Part shown: positions 48,221 to 58,022 of the stretch, one piece after another
How the letters are laid out: each line of letters opens with the position of its first letter
How positions within the stretch are numbered: the first letter of the stretch is position 1
Source of the DNA: Campylobacteraceae bacterium
GTDB taxonomy: Bacteria > Campylobacterota > Campylobacteria > Campylobacterales > BB28
Assembly: GCA_016744535.1 (NCBI GenBank)
Contig: JADGEE010000004.1
Location: forward strand, 917 to 64,916
Length of the DNA stretch: 64,000 nt
Reading direction: 5' to 3'
Position numbers and translations under genes: made by a program
Notes under the pieces: generated by a model
Told to the model about the DNA's origin: nothing
The model's database searches: none
What the model saw: the letters and a program-made list of their open reading frames with translations, nothing else

Positions 48221-48772
48221 ATGAGTATGGAAGTAGAAAATAATAGTGGAGTTGAAACTCAAGACTTATTAGAAGAGAATAAAGTGTTAAAAGCTAATGA
48301 GGTTATTAAAAATAGTGTTATAGCGTCAATGGGTGTTAGTGTCATTCCTGTACCAATAGTTGATTTAGTAGGATTAGGTACTATTCAATTAAATATGATT
48401 CATAATTTGTGTCTATTATATAATCAAGAGTTTTCAAAAACATTGGGTAAATCTTTTGTAGGCTCACTTATAGGTAGTTTAGGTGCTTTACCAGTTGCTG
48501 CAGGAGTTTCTAGTTTAATAAAAATTATTCCTGTTGTTGGACATACTTTGGGTGCTGTATCTATGCCTTTGGTTGGTGGTGCTTCAACTTATGCAATTGG
48601 TAAAGTTTTTATTCAACATTTTGAATCTGGTGGAACTTTTTTAGATTTCAACCCATCTCAAGTAAAAGAGTATTTTAAAGAGCAATTTAAAAATGGTAAA
48701 GATATTGTAAAAAATGTTAAAAGTACAACTGATGAAAAAAATATAGCAGAAGTAAAAAATACAGCAGAATAA
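48221..48772 (+). CDS. DUF697/YcjF-family membrane-associated protein
   Basis: IPVPIVD..QL.MI..L...Y, Gly-rich hydrophobic segments, TYAIGKVF..HFESGGT. Confidence 0.75.
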   Translation: MSMEVENNSGVETQDLLEENKVLKANEVIKNSVIASMGVSVIPVPIVDLVGLGTIQLNMIHNLCLLYNQEFSKTLGKSFVGSLIGSLGALPVAAGVSSLIKIIPVVGHTLGAVSMPLVGGASTYAIGKVFIQHFESGGTFLDFNPSQVKEYFKEQFKNGKDIVKNVKSTTDEKNIAEVKNTAE

Positions 48773-50416
48773 ATGATATTTGAGTTATTTAATTTTTTAA
48801 AAAGAGAGGGTGATTTTAAATTTTGGAAAAAAGTCGCAATATTAGCTACAATAGCTGGAATGGCTAATGCTTCACTTCTCTCAATAGTAAATACAGGTGC
48901 TGAATTAGTTGAAGATGAGAGTGAAAATTATAGATTTTTTGCTATGTATATAACAGTATTTATGATATTTTTTATTGCTAAAAAAAGTGCTTTGCTTAAA
49001 GCTAATGCTCAAATGGAAGTAATCATACATAATGTTAGAAATAGAATATCAAACAAGTTAAGTTTATGTGAATTATCTACCATAGAATCTTTAGATACAG
49101 CTTCAGTATTTGTAAGATTAACTAAAGATGCGAGTGTCGTAGCAAATATTACTTTATCTATAACAAATGCTACTCAATCAATAATAATGATGTTTTTTGC
49201 ATTAATATATGTTTTTTATATATCTCCTATAACATTTTTTATAATAATAGTTACAATTATCTGTGGGATTTTGATATATCTATCTCATTCAAAAAATATC
49301 CGTGAGGGACTTATAAAGAGTTATAAAATTGAAGATGAGTTCTTTCACTTAATTAACGGTATTTTAAAAGGTTTTAAAGAGTTAAAAATAAATAGTGATA
49401 AAAACAGAAGCTTTTTAAAAGAGAAACAAATTATTTTAGATAAACTTTTAATTTTAAGAAAAGAATCAGGTAGTAGATTTGTTATAAATATGATTTTTAG
49501 TGAAGTTTTTTTATATATACTCTTAGGTTCTATTATTTTTATAATCCCACACTTTATTCCAGAGAAAAATAGTGAAGTTATAAAAATAGTTGCTACAACT
49601 CTATTTATTATAGGTCCTCTTACTATGACATCTGCACTTATTCCTACAATTTCAAAAGCTAGTATAGCTGCAAAATCTCTATATGACTTGGAGTTAATAT
49701 TAGATAAAAATCAAAAAAATTTAGTTCAACCAATTGAGAAAGCAGAACCTATTAAAAGTAATTTCAACACCATAGAGTTAAAAAAGTTAGAGTTTCACTA
49801 TTTAGATAAAGATAAAAGTGAACTATTTGCAATAGGTCCTATAGATTTAGAGATAAAAAAAGGGGAGTTAATATTTATAATTGGTGGAAATGGCAGTGGA
49901 AAATCAACTTTTATAAAAGCACTTATAGGTCTATATTTTCCACATAAAGGGAGTATAAGTATTGATAATGAATTAATTGGAAGTTATAATTATCAGACAT
50001 ATAGAAATCTTTTTAGTATAATTTTAACAGATTTTTATATTTTTAAAAAAATATATGGACTAGAAAATATAAGATATTCAAAAGTAAACCAACTTTTAGT
50101 TGAAATGCAAATAGAGAATAAGACAAAATTTGTTGATAACTCTTATACAAATGTTAATTTATCAACAGGACAGAGAAAGAGGTTAGCACTCATTACTTCA
50201 ATATTAGAAGATAAACCTATATATGTATTTGATGAGTGGGCGGCTGACCAAGACCCTGAATTTAGAAAATATTTTTATAATGAGATATTAAAGACTCTAC
50301 AAGCGAGTGGAAAAACAGTAATAGCTGTAACTCACGATGACGCATATTTTGATATGGCAGATAGAATTTTTAAAATGGAGTATGGAAAATTAAATGAGTA
50401 TTTTAGAAAAAGTTAA
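48773..50416 (+). CDS. Cyclic-peptide export ABC transporter (PvdE/SyrD/YojI family, fused permease-ATPase)
   Basis: Six TM segments, GFKELK, GGNGSGKST, LSTGQRKRLAL, FDEWAADQDPEFR, VTHDD. Confidence 0.93.
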   Translation: MIFELFNFLKREGDFKFWKKVAILATIAGMANASLLSIVNTGAELVEDESENYRFFAMYITVFMIFFIAKKSALLKANAQMEVIIHNVRNRISNKLSLCELSTIESLDTASVFVRLTKDASVVANITLSITNATQSIIMMFFALIYVFYISPITFFIIIVTIICGILIYLSHSKNIREGLIKSYKIEDEFFHLINGILKGFKELKINSDKNRSFLKEKQIILDKLLILRKESGSRFVINMIFSEVFLYILLGSIIFIIPHFIPEKNSEVIKIVATTLFIIGPLTMTSALIPTISKASIAAKSLYDLELILDKNQKNLVQPIEKAEPIKSNFNTIELKKLEFHYLDKDKSELFAIGPIDLEIKKGELIFIIGGNGSGKSTFIKALIGLYFPHKGSISIDNELIGSYNYQTYRNLFSIILTDFYIFKKIYGLENIRYSKVNQLLVEMQIENKTKFVDNSYTNVNLSTGQRKRLALITSILEDKPIYVFDEWAADQDPEFRKYFYNEILKTLQASGKTVIAVTHDDAYFDMADRIFKMEYGKLNEYFRKS

Positions 50417-51236
50417 ATTTATTAAAAACATTTCTATATTTTTAATTATGTTTATATTGACAGTCATAGCTTTAATACTTTTAATATGGCATAGAGTTTT
50501 TATAACTGTTGAAGCTGGTGAGGCTGGAGTTTTGTTTAAAAGATGGTCAGGTACTGTTATTGATAGAGTATATTCAGAGGGGTTTTGGATAATCTTTCCG
50601 TGGGATAAACTTACAAGATATAATTTAAGAATACAAGAGATAAAACACGATTTTGCTGTTTTATCTAAACAGGGATTAACAATTGATATTAAAATTTCTA
50701 TTAGATTTAGACCTGATTCTAATATGGTAAGTATATTGCATCAAAAAATTGGTCCAAATTATATAACTTCAGTTGTAATTCCAGAGGTTGAAGCAGTAAT
50801 TAGAAGATTTTTTGGACAATTTAATGATGAAGAGATTTATACTTCTAAAAAAGCTATTTTAGAAAAAATTATAAATGATTCAAGAGAAGAGTTATCTGAT
50901 AAGTTTATAATTTTAGATGATTTAATTGTAAGAAAAATAGAGTTTCCAAAAACTGTCCAAGACTCTATTCAAAGTAAAATAACTCAATATCATAAATTTA
51001 AAGAGTATGAATATAGAATAGAGAGAGAGAAGCTTGAGGCTGAGAGGAAAGTGATAGAAGCGAATGGTATAGATAAATATAAGAGAATAATTTCAAAAGA
51101 TTTGACAGATAATTATTTAAGATGGAAAGGTATAGAGGCTACTAATAATTTAGCAATATCTGATAATAGTAAAGTTGTTATTATAGGTGCTGGAAAAGAT
51201 GGTCTTCCATTAATATTAAACCCTGATACAAAGTGA
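50394..51236 (+). CDS. SPFH/prohibitin (band 7) family protein
   Basis: N-terminal TM, VEAGEAGVLF, C-terminal coiled coil EKLEAERKVIEA.GI. Confidence 0.88.
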   Translation: MSILEKVKFIKNISIFLIMFILTVIALILLIWHRVFITVEAGEAGVLFKRWSGTVIDRVYSEGFWIIFPWDKLTRYNLRIQEIKHDFAVLSKQGLTIDIKISIRFRPDSNMVSILHQKIGPNYITSVVIPEVEAVIRRFFGQFNDEEIYTSKKAILEKIINDSREELSDKFIILDDLIVRKIEFPKTVQDSIQSKITQYHKFKEYEYRIEREKLEAERKVIEANGIDKYKRIISKDLTDNYLRWKGIEATNNLAISDNSKVVIIGAGKDGLPLILNPDTK

Positions 51237-51240
51237 TAAA

Positions 51241-52443
51241 TTGAGATTTATAAAATATTTATTACCTATTATATTTATTTTTCTAATAACAATTTTTATT
51301 ATAGATAAAAAATATCTTCAAGCTTATGATTATCAAACTTTAAAGATACAAAGGGAAAATTTTGCTTTAAATGCAAAAGAAGATGACCCAATTGTAATAG
51401 GAGTTGTTTGGTCATTTGAAGAAGCAAAAAAAGTGGGAGATAATTTTAAAGAGGGAGTTGAATTTGCAATTGAAGAGTTAAACTCTAATGGAGGAGTTTT
51501 AAATAGAGAGATAGAATCTATTTTTGAAGAAGATTATATGGATGTTGATACCGCAGTTAATATTGCAAAAAATTTTTCTTTAAATGAAGAAGTTATAGCC
51601 GTAGTTGGATATGCTTTTTCAGATTTAGCAATACAGAGTTCAATTGTTTATGATTACAGTGGTATTGTAATGATATCCCCAGGTTCTTCTGACCCACTAT
51701 TTACAAGAGATGATTTTAATTATATATTTAGAACTGTTCCAAATGATATAGAGATTGGAAAAGCTATGACTAAAATGTGTAAGCTGAAAAATTTTCAAAA
51801 AGTAGCTGTTTTATACGAAAAAAATAATTATGCTACAATTTTAGCAAATGTTTTTATTGAAAATGCACTTGAACTTGGAACAAAAGTTGTTTATAAAGCA
51901 AACTTTAATGAAAATGAAAAATTTTTTACAGAGATAATCACAAATTTATCTCCTATTACAAATTATAATATTGATTACGATGCTATAGTTGTAATAGGTT
52001 ATGATAAAAGTGTTCCTTTACTTATAAAAAAAGCTAGAGATAAAGGTGTCTCTGCACCATTTTTAACAAGTGATATGTTAGATTTAAAAAAAGTTTTAAC
52101 TATGGGAGGTTTTTTTAATAATACAATTATAACTACAATATTCAATTCTGAAACTCTAAATTTAAAGACACAAAATTTTCTTGAAAAATTTAAAAAAAGA
52201 TATAATTTTTATCCTGATACTTGGGCAGCACAAGGCTATGATGCGATTATGCTTTTAGCTGAAGCTATAAAACGCTCAAATAGCACAAACCCTGCAAGTA
52301 TTTCAGAAAATTTAAAATATATTAAAAATTTTGAAAGTATTTTTGGAAAATACTCTATGACTCCAAAAGGAGATGTAGAGGGAAAAGGTGTCTATTTTAA
52401 AATAATTAAAGATGGTAAATTTAAATATTTAAATTTAAATTAA
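51241..52443 (+). CDS. Type 1 periplasmic binding protein (branched-chain amino acid/LivJ-like)
   Basis: GVEFAIEELN..GGVL.R, VVGY..S, FRTVPND, AQGYDA motifs. Confidence 0.85.
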   Translation: MRFIKYLLPIIFIFLITIFIIDKKYLQAYDYQTLKIQRENFALNAKEDDPIVIGVVWSFEEAKKVGDNFKEGVEFAIEELNSNGGVLNREIESIFEEDYMDVDTAVNIAKNFSLNEEVIAVVGYAFSDLAIQSSIVYDYSGIVMISPGSSDPLFTRDDFNYIFRTVPNDIEIGKAMTKMCKLKNFQKVAVLYEKNNYATILANVFIENALELGTKVVYKANFNENEKFFTEIITNLSPITNYNIDYDAIVVIGYDKSVPLLIKKARDKGVSAPFLTSDMLDLKKVLTMGGFFNNTIITTIFNSETLNLKTQNFLEKFKKRYNFYPDTWAAQGYDAIMLLAEAIKRSNSTNPASISENLKYIKNFESIFGKYSMTPKGDVEGKGVYFKIIKDGKFKYLNLN

Positions 52444-52459
52444 TATTTTAGGAGAAAAA

Positions 52460-54277
52460 TTGAGAAATATACTTATAATTTTTTTTATTATAACTTTAGT
52501 GTTAAGTAAAAATTATGCAAATAGCATAAAAATTTATACTAAATTAGATAACTCCCCATACTCATATATGGAAAATAATAAATTAAAAGGAATCTATGTA
52601 TCTATATTAAATAATATTTTTAATAAAATCAATAATTTTGAAGTAAAACAGATAGCAATAGATTCTCAAAAAGTTATTAAAGATATGAAAAATAAAAAAA
52701 TTTTAGCATTAAATGGTCTCTATTATAGACCCGAAAATAATAAATATATAGAAAAATATACTGAACCAATTTTTTATGAAAATATAGTCTTAATGTGTAA
52801 TAATAATATTTTAAATAAAAAAAGAGAAATTTTTCCCGATGACTTTTATGACTTAAATATTTCAAAAAATATATCTATTTCTATCAATAGTGATAAATTA
52901 ATCATTAATAATAAAAAATCTACAAAAGATGGAATTTTAAAATTAGCATCAAATAAAATAAACTGTTTTATAGATAGTGAATTTTCAGTATTAGCTGAAT
53001 TATCTAAATTAAAAAATAGTAATAAAAAATTAAAAAATATTGAAAATATATTAACTATTTCAAAAGAGCAGGTTTATATAGGGTTTTCTAAAAAAAATCA
53101 TCTTTTGAAAGATAATTTAATTAAAAAAATCAATTTAGCTATAAGAGTTATGAAAAATTCTGGTGAAATAGATGAAATTGTAAATAATTATTTAAGTGAC
53201 TTATTAACCCAAGATAGCATCAAAAAGATAGATGCTGTAACTTATAATTGGGGTGGGACTTATGTATCTGATAAATTTGATACTTTAGGGCTTATTCCTG
53301 AAATTGTTTCTTTAGCATTTAAAGAAGTAAATATAGATGTAAATTATGAGTTAAAAAGTTCACAATATGCTTATTTACTCACTAAATGGAAACAGAAATC
53401 TTTTAGTTTTCCATTTTATAAAACTAAAGATAATAAACAGTATATGATATTTTCAGACCCTGTGTTATTTTCAGATGTAATACTATTATATAATAAAAAT
53501 AAGTTTCCAAATGGAATTAAATTTAATAGTTTTAAAGATTTGAGAAATTATAAAATAGGTGGAGTAAAAGGTGTTTTCTATGAAGATATATTTATAAAAA
53601 ATAGTTTAAATTACACTTTAACAGAAAATTTTGAAAAACTATTAGATTTATTTATATTTAATAAAGTTGATATTATTCCATCAAATTTAAAAGTTTTTAT
53701 AGATATTATGCAAAAAAAATATCCAGATAAATTGCAAGATTTTAATTTTCATAACAAAAAAATTTTTTCGAGTGAAGCTATATACTTAATATTTCCAAAA
53801 AATATAAATTATTCACAAGAGTTAAAAGATTTATTTAATAAAGGTCTTTTATCTATAAAAAAAACTGGTGTATTAAAAAAAATATTTACCAAATATGGAT
53901 TAACTAAGAGAGAATATTTAGCGAATGTTAATAAAATTAATAGTTTTAAAAAAAATTATAAAAAAACTAAAAATAATATAACTAAATTTATTGATAAAGT
54001 TAAAAAAGATAAAAAAATAGAAAAAAAGTTAGAAGCTAAATTAAAAAATAGAAAATATAACAATAAAAATCTTGTTAAATTATATATAGAGACTGAACCA
54101 ACAGATACAACTATTCAAATTATGGATATAAAAGAATCTTTTTATCAAGGGATTAAATTAAAAAAAGGTATATTTAGATTAAGAATTTTAAAATCAGGTT
54201 ACAAAACTTTAAATAAAAAAATAATTATTGGAGATAATAAAACTGTAACTTTAAAATTTAAACTACAAAAGGATTAA
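52460..54277 (+). CDS. Tandem family-3 solute-binding domains with C-terminal PEGA-like domain
   Basis: Two SBP_bac_3-like units (PYSY..GIY; G.IPEIV..AF), Lys-rich linker, then LYIETEP...GYK. Confidence 0.6.
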   Translation: MRNILIIFFIITLVLSKNYANSIKIYTKLDNSPYSYMENNKLKGIYVSILNNIFNKINNFEVKQIAIDSQKVIKDMKNKKILALNGLYYRPENNKYIEKYTEPIFYENIVLMCNNNILNKKREIFPDDFYDLNISKNISISINSDKLIINNKKSTKDGILKLASNKINCFIDSEFSVLAELSKLKNSNKKLKNIENILTISKEQVYIGFSKKNHLLKDNLIKKINLAIRVMKNSGEIDEIVNNYLSDLLTQDSIKKIDAVTYNWGGTYVSDKFDTLGLIPEIVSLAFKEVNIDVNYELKSSQYAYLLTKWKQKSFSFPFYKTKDNKQYMIFSDPVLFSDVILLYNKNKFPNGIKFNSFKDLRNYKIGGVKGVFYEDIFIKNSLNYTLTENFEKLLDLFIFNKVDIIPSNLKVFIDIMQKKYPDKLQDFNFHNKKIFSSEAIYLIFPKNINYSQELKDLFNKGLLSIKKTGVLKKIFTKYGLTKREYLANVNKINSFKKNYKKTKNNITKFIDKVKKDKKIEKKLEAKLKNRKYNNKNLVKLYIETEPTDTTIQIMDIKESFYQGIKLKKGIFRLRILKSGYKTLNKKIIIGDNKTVTLKFKLQKD

Positions 54278-54279
54278 TT

Positions 54280-54447
54280 ATGATACACACTATTATATTG
54301 ATAGTGATATATATTTTTATATGTTACTTGATTGCATTTTTGGGTAGAAATAAAAAATTTGGTTTTTGGGGATACCTATTTTTGTCAATTGCATTAACTC
54401 CTATTGTTGGATTTATCGCTTTTTTAGCAGCAGAGAACAAAAAATGA
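54280..54447 (+). CDS. Small two-TM membrane protein (55 aa), absent from the ORF track
   Basis: MIHTIILIVIYIFICYLIAFLGRNKKFGFWGYLFLSIALTPIVGFIAFLAAENKK*; starts 2 nt after the upstream stop and its stop overlaps the secretin ATG. Confidence 0.7.
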   Translation: MIHTIILIVIYIFICYLIAFLGRNKKFGFWGYLFLSIALTPIVGFIAFLAAENKK

Positions 54448-56162
54448 TTTTTTTTAGGATTATCTTAATATTATTACTATCTTTTAATTTAGCATTTGGA
54501 AGTAAAAAGATAAATTTAGAAAATATGCTTATTTCAGATTACATTAATATAGTTGTAAATAATATGAATAAAAATATTATGTTAAACGATGATATGGATG
54601 GAGAAATTGATTTTATATTAAAAAAAAATAGAAAATTAACAAAAAATGATTTCTATCCACTACTATTAGATATTTTAAAAAGTAGAGGCTATTTTATAAA
54701 AAATAGTGATTTAGGTTATTTAGAAGTGGTAATCTTGGATGAAAAAAAATTATTATCAACAAATGCAAATAAAGATAATTTATTAACTAAAATTATAGAT
54801 ATAAAAGAGGAGACTATCGAAGAGATAGTAACTAAAGTAGAACATCTATTAAGCAAAGATGCGAAAATGATTATTAATAGCAATTTAAATTTAATAATTC
54901 TTTCGGAATATTCTGAAAATTTTAAACATATAGAACAACTTATAGGCTCAATTCAAAACGAAAATGAAGTAATAGCTCAATTTATAAATTTAAAATATGC
55001 TAAAGCTTCAGATGTAATTGATAATATAAAAAAATTATTAAAATTACTATTTAAAAATGAAAAAGTTGAAATTATTTCAGATGAAATTAGAAATTCTCTA
55101 ATTTTAATTTCTGCTAGAGCTAATATTTATAAATTAAAACCCTATGTTAAAAAATTTGATGTTATAAATAAAATCACTACTAAAAAAGCCTCTGTTTTTC
55201 CTCTTAAGTCTTTAAATCATAATAACGCCTTAAATATTTTAAAAACTATATTTTCAGAAAATAAAAAGATCAAAATTACAAGTGATTCATCTTCAAATTC
55301 AATTATAGCATTTGCTAGTGAGAAAGAGTTACAATATATAACAGATATTTTGTATAAATTAGATAAACAAAAAGAGCAAGTCTATATTAAAATTAAAATT
55401 TTAGAGATAAATGAAGATAGATGGAGTAGTTTTAGAAAAAAATATAAACTTGTAACAAATCCATTTTTAAGTGGAAATAATTTTATAAATTTAAATCTTT
55501 TATTAACAGAAAAAATTGTAAATGAAGTATCAAACTATACTACTCAAAATAAACTATATGATATAAAAAATTTATTAAATAATAGTAGTGATTTAAATAA
55601 ATCTAAATTAAATTTTAATATTCCTCAAAACTATCTTTTAGCCTCAACTCTTTCGCTTTTAGATTCAGCAAATGCTTTAAATATAGTTTTAGAGCCTACA
55701 ATATTATCTCTTAGTAATGAAGAGGTCTCTCTTAATATTGATGAGATAAAAAATAGTAATATTTTCAAAGAGACTAATCTTAAATTAAAAATCACTCCTA
55801 GAGTTTTAAATTCAAAAAAAGTAAAATTCGATATCGATATTAAATTTAAAAATATAGATATAAAAAGAGACATAAATACAAAAGTTATTTTAGGAAGTTC
55901 AGAGAGTTTAATTATCAATGGCTTAAAGAGTGATTTTATTAAGAAATCATTCTTAAATTTATCAGATAATATTAATTTAATGATTATTTTAACTCCATAT
56001 ATAATTGAGAAAGATAAAACTATTACAGAGTTTGAGAAAGAGTTATCTATTTCAAATAAGTTAGAGGGTGAGTATGTACAGAGCGTTCTTAATTTACTAA
56101 AAGCAGTTGAAAGTGAAAGTAATCGAGATATTTACGATATTTTTAAATCAAAAGAATTATAA
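54444..56162 (+). CDS. Secretin (GspD-like) outer-membrane channel
   Basis: Signal peptide from ATG 54444, N0-like segment, repeated N-domains (D...NSLI), PTIL..SNEE, LIINGL, LMIILTPYII. Confidence 0.75.
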   Translation: MIFFRIILILLLSFNLAFGSKKINLENMLISDYINIVVNNMNKNIMLNDDMDGEIDFILKKNRKLTKNDFYPLLLDILKSRGYFIKNSDLGYLEVVILDEKKLLSTNANKDNLLTKIIDIKEETIEEIVTKVEHLLSKDAKMIINSNLNLIILSEYSENFKHIEQLIGSIQNENEVIAQFINLKYAKASDVIDNIKKLLKLLFKNEKVEIISDEIRNSLILISARANIYKLKPYVKKFDVINKITTKKASVFPLKSLNHNNALNILKTIFSENKKIKITSDSSSNSIIAFASEKELQYITDILYKLDKQKEQVYIKIKILEINEDRWSSFRKKYKLVTNPFLSGNNFINLNLLLTEKIVNEVSNYTTQNKLYDIKNLLNNSSDLNKSKLNFNIPQNYLLASTLSLLDSANALNIVLEPTILSLSNEEVSLNIDEIKNSNIFKETNLKLKITPRVLNSKKVKFDIDIKFKNIDIKRDINTKVILGSSESLIINGLKSDFIKKSFLNLSDNINLMIILTPYIIEKDKTITEFEKELSISNKLEGEYVQSVLNLLKAVESESNRDIYDIFKSKEL

Positions 56163-56181
56163 AAAAGGAATAATATATTAA

Positions 56182-56382
56182 ATGTTAAAATTAATTTTAA
56201 TACTAACAGGACTTTTTTCACTCGCTATGACTATAGTTATTTACAGAAAATTAAAAGAGTTGAGATATGGAATGGTTGAGCATTTTTCTATGGGAACTGT
56301 ATTTTTCTTTTTGATAACTTTTTTATTGATATTTGGTATCTTAGTTAAACTTATAGATGCGATGTTTATAACTATTTTTTAA
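56182..56382 (+). CDS. Small hypothetical membrane protein
   Basis: 66 aa with two hydrophobic helices; AAGGA SD. Confidence 0.5.
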   Translation: MLKLILILTGLFSLAMTIVIYRKLKELRYGMVEHFSMGTVFFFLITFLLIFGILVKLIDAMFITIF

Positions 56383-56441
56383 AATCCAAATAGCTATAAT
56401 TAAATATAAAATTTAATAATTAATATGGGGAGAGTTAAAAA

Positions 56442-57998
56442 ATGGGTTATCTTTTAACAATTGACGCAGGAACAGGAAGTGGAAGAGCGGTTTTATTTGA
56501 TGAAAATGGGAATCAAGTTTCAGTAGGACAAGAGGAGTGGACACACAATAGTGATCCGAAATATCCAAACTCTATGGATTTTGATTTTAATAAAAATTGG
56601 GATTTAATTTGTAGATGTATTAAAAAAGCTATCAGTGATGCAGATATAAATTCAAATGAAATTTTAGCTGTGAGTGCTAGTAGTATGAGAGAAGGAATTG
56701 TACTTTATGATAAAGATGGAAAAGAGCTTTGGGCAGTTGCTAATGTGGATGCTAGGGCTAGTGTTGAAGTAAAAGAGTTAAAAGAGAAATTTCCAAATTT
56801 AGAGGAAAAGTTTTATAAAATATCAGGTCAAACTTTTGCATTAGGTGCATTGCCTCGTATTATGTGGGTTAAAAATAATAAGCCTAATATTTATGAAAAA
56901 ACTAAAAAAATATCTATGATTAGCGATTGGGTTTTAGCAAAATTATCAAATGAAATCGTAACTGACCCCTCAAATGGTGGAACAACTGGAATTTACTCAT
57001 TAGAAGAGCGAGATTGGACTCCATATATGGCAAAAGAAATAGGCTTAAAAGATGATATTTTTCCTCCTTCAATTGAAGCTGGTGAAGTAGTTGGAGAAGT
57101 TACAAGCCAAGCCTCAAAGCAATCAGGATTAACAAAAGGTTGTAAAGTTGTAATGGGTGGTGGAGATGTGCAGTTAGGATGTGCTGGTTTAGGAGTAGTT
57201 AATACTAATGAAGTAGCCGTTTTAGGTGGAACTTTTTGGCAACAGTTAGTTAATATGAACCAACCATTAACTCCTAATGATATGAGCATTAGAGTAAATC
57301 CACACGTAATAAAAGGAGTTTCACAAGCTGAAGGAATTACATTTTTTTCAGGTTTGATTATGAGATGGTTTAGAGATGCTTTTTGTCAAAGTGAAAAAGA
57401 GATTGCAAAAGCTAGAGGCATTGATACTTATTCAGTTTTAGAAGAGATGGCAAGTAGTGTGCCTGTTGGTTCACACGGAATTATGCCAACTTATTCAGAT
57501 GAGATGAATTATGGTAAATGGTATCACGCTTCACCTTCACTTTTGAATCTGAATTTAGACCCACTAAAATGTGGAAAAGCTGAAATATTTAGAGCTCTGC
57601 AAGAGAATGCTTGTATCGTAACAGCTAATAATTTGGATAAAATTTTCGCGTTTACTGGAGTTGATACAGATACTTTAGTCTTTGCAGCTGGTGCTTCAAA
57701 AGGTAATTTATGGTGTCAAATATTATCAGATGTTACAGGTAAAAAGATAAAAGTTCCAGTAGTTAAAGAGGCAACGGCACTGGGTGGTGCAATGGCTAGT
57801 GGTGTTGGTGTTGGAATATACTCAAGTATGCAAGAGGCTTCAAAGTTAGTTCAATGGGAAAAATCTTATGAGCCAAATATGACTAATAATAAAACATATA
57901 AAGAGATTAGAGAAAAATGGGCAAAAGCTTACAAAGCACAACTAAAATTAGTAGATGATGGAGTTACAAATTCAATGTGGAAAGCCCCAGGGTTATAA
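56442..57998 (+). CDS. lsrK: Autoinducer-2 kinase (FGGY family)
   Basis: DAGTGSGRAVLFD, SMDFD..KNW, SMREGIVLYD, GGGDVQLG, LGGTFWQQ, C-terminal WKAPGL. Confidence 0.88.
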   Translation: MGYLLTIDAGTGSGRAVLFDENGNQVSVGQEEWTHNSDPKYPNSMDFDFNKNWDLICRCIKKAISDADINSNEILAVSASSMREGIVLYDKDGKELWAVANVDARASVEVKELKEKFPNLEEKFYKISGQTFALGALPRIMWVKNNKPNIYEKTKKISMISDWVLAKLSNEIVTDPSNGGTTGIYSLEERDWTPYMAKEIGLKDDIFPPSIEAGEVVGEVTSQASKQSGLTKGCKVVMGGGDVQLGCAGLGVVNTNEVAVLGGTFWQQLVNMNQPLTPNDMSIRVNPHVIKGVSQAEGITFFSGLIMRWFRDAFCQSEKEIAKARGIDTYSVLEEMASSVPVGSHGIMPTYSDEMNYGKWYHASPSLLNLNLDPLKCGKAEIFRALQENACIVTANNLDKIFAFTGVDTDTLVFAAGASKGNLWCQILSDVTGKKIKVPVVKEATALGGAMASGVGVGIYSSMQEASKLVQWEKSYEPNMTNNKTYKEIREKWAKAYKAQLKLVDDGVTNSMWKAPGL

Positions 57999-58022
57999 TA
58001 AAGTTTCATAAATGGAGTATTT

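Noticed and set aside
54366-54443. ORF-track N-terminal extension of the secretin
   Set aside because: It overlaps the 55-aa membrane gene in another frame; ATG 54444 gives a proper signal peptide.
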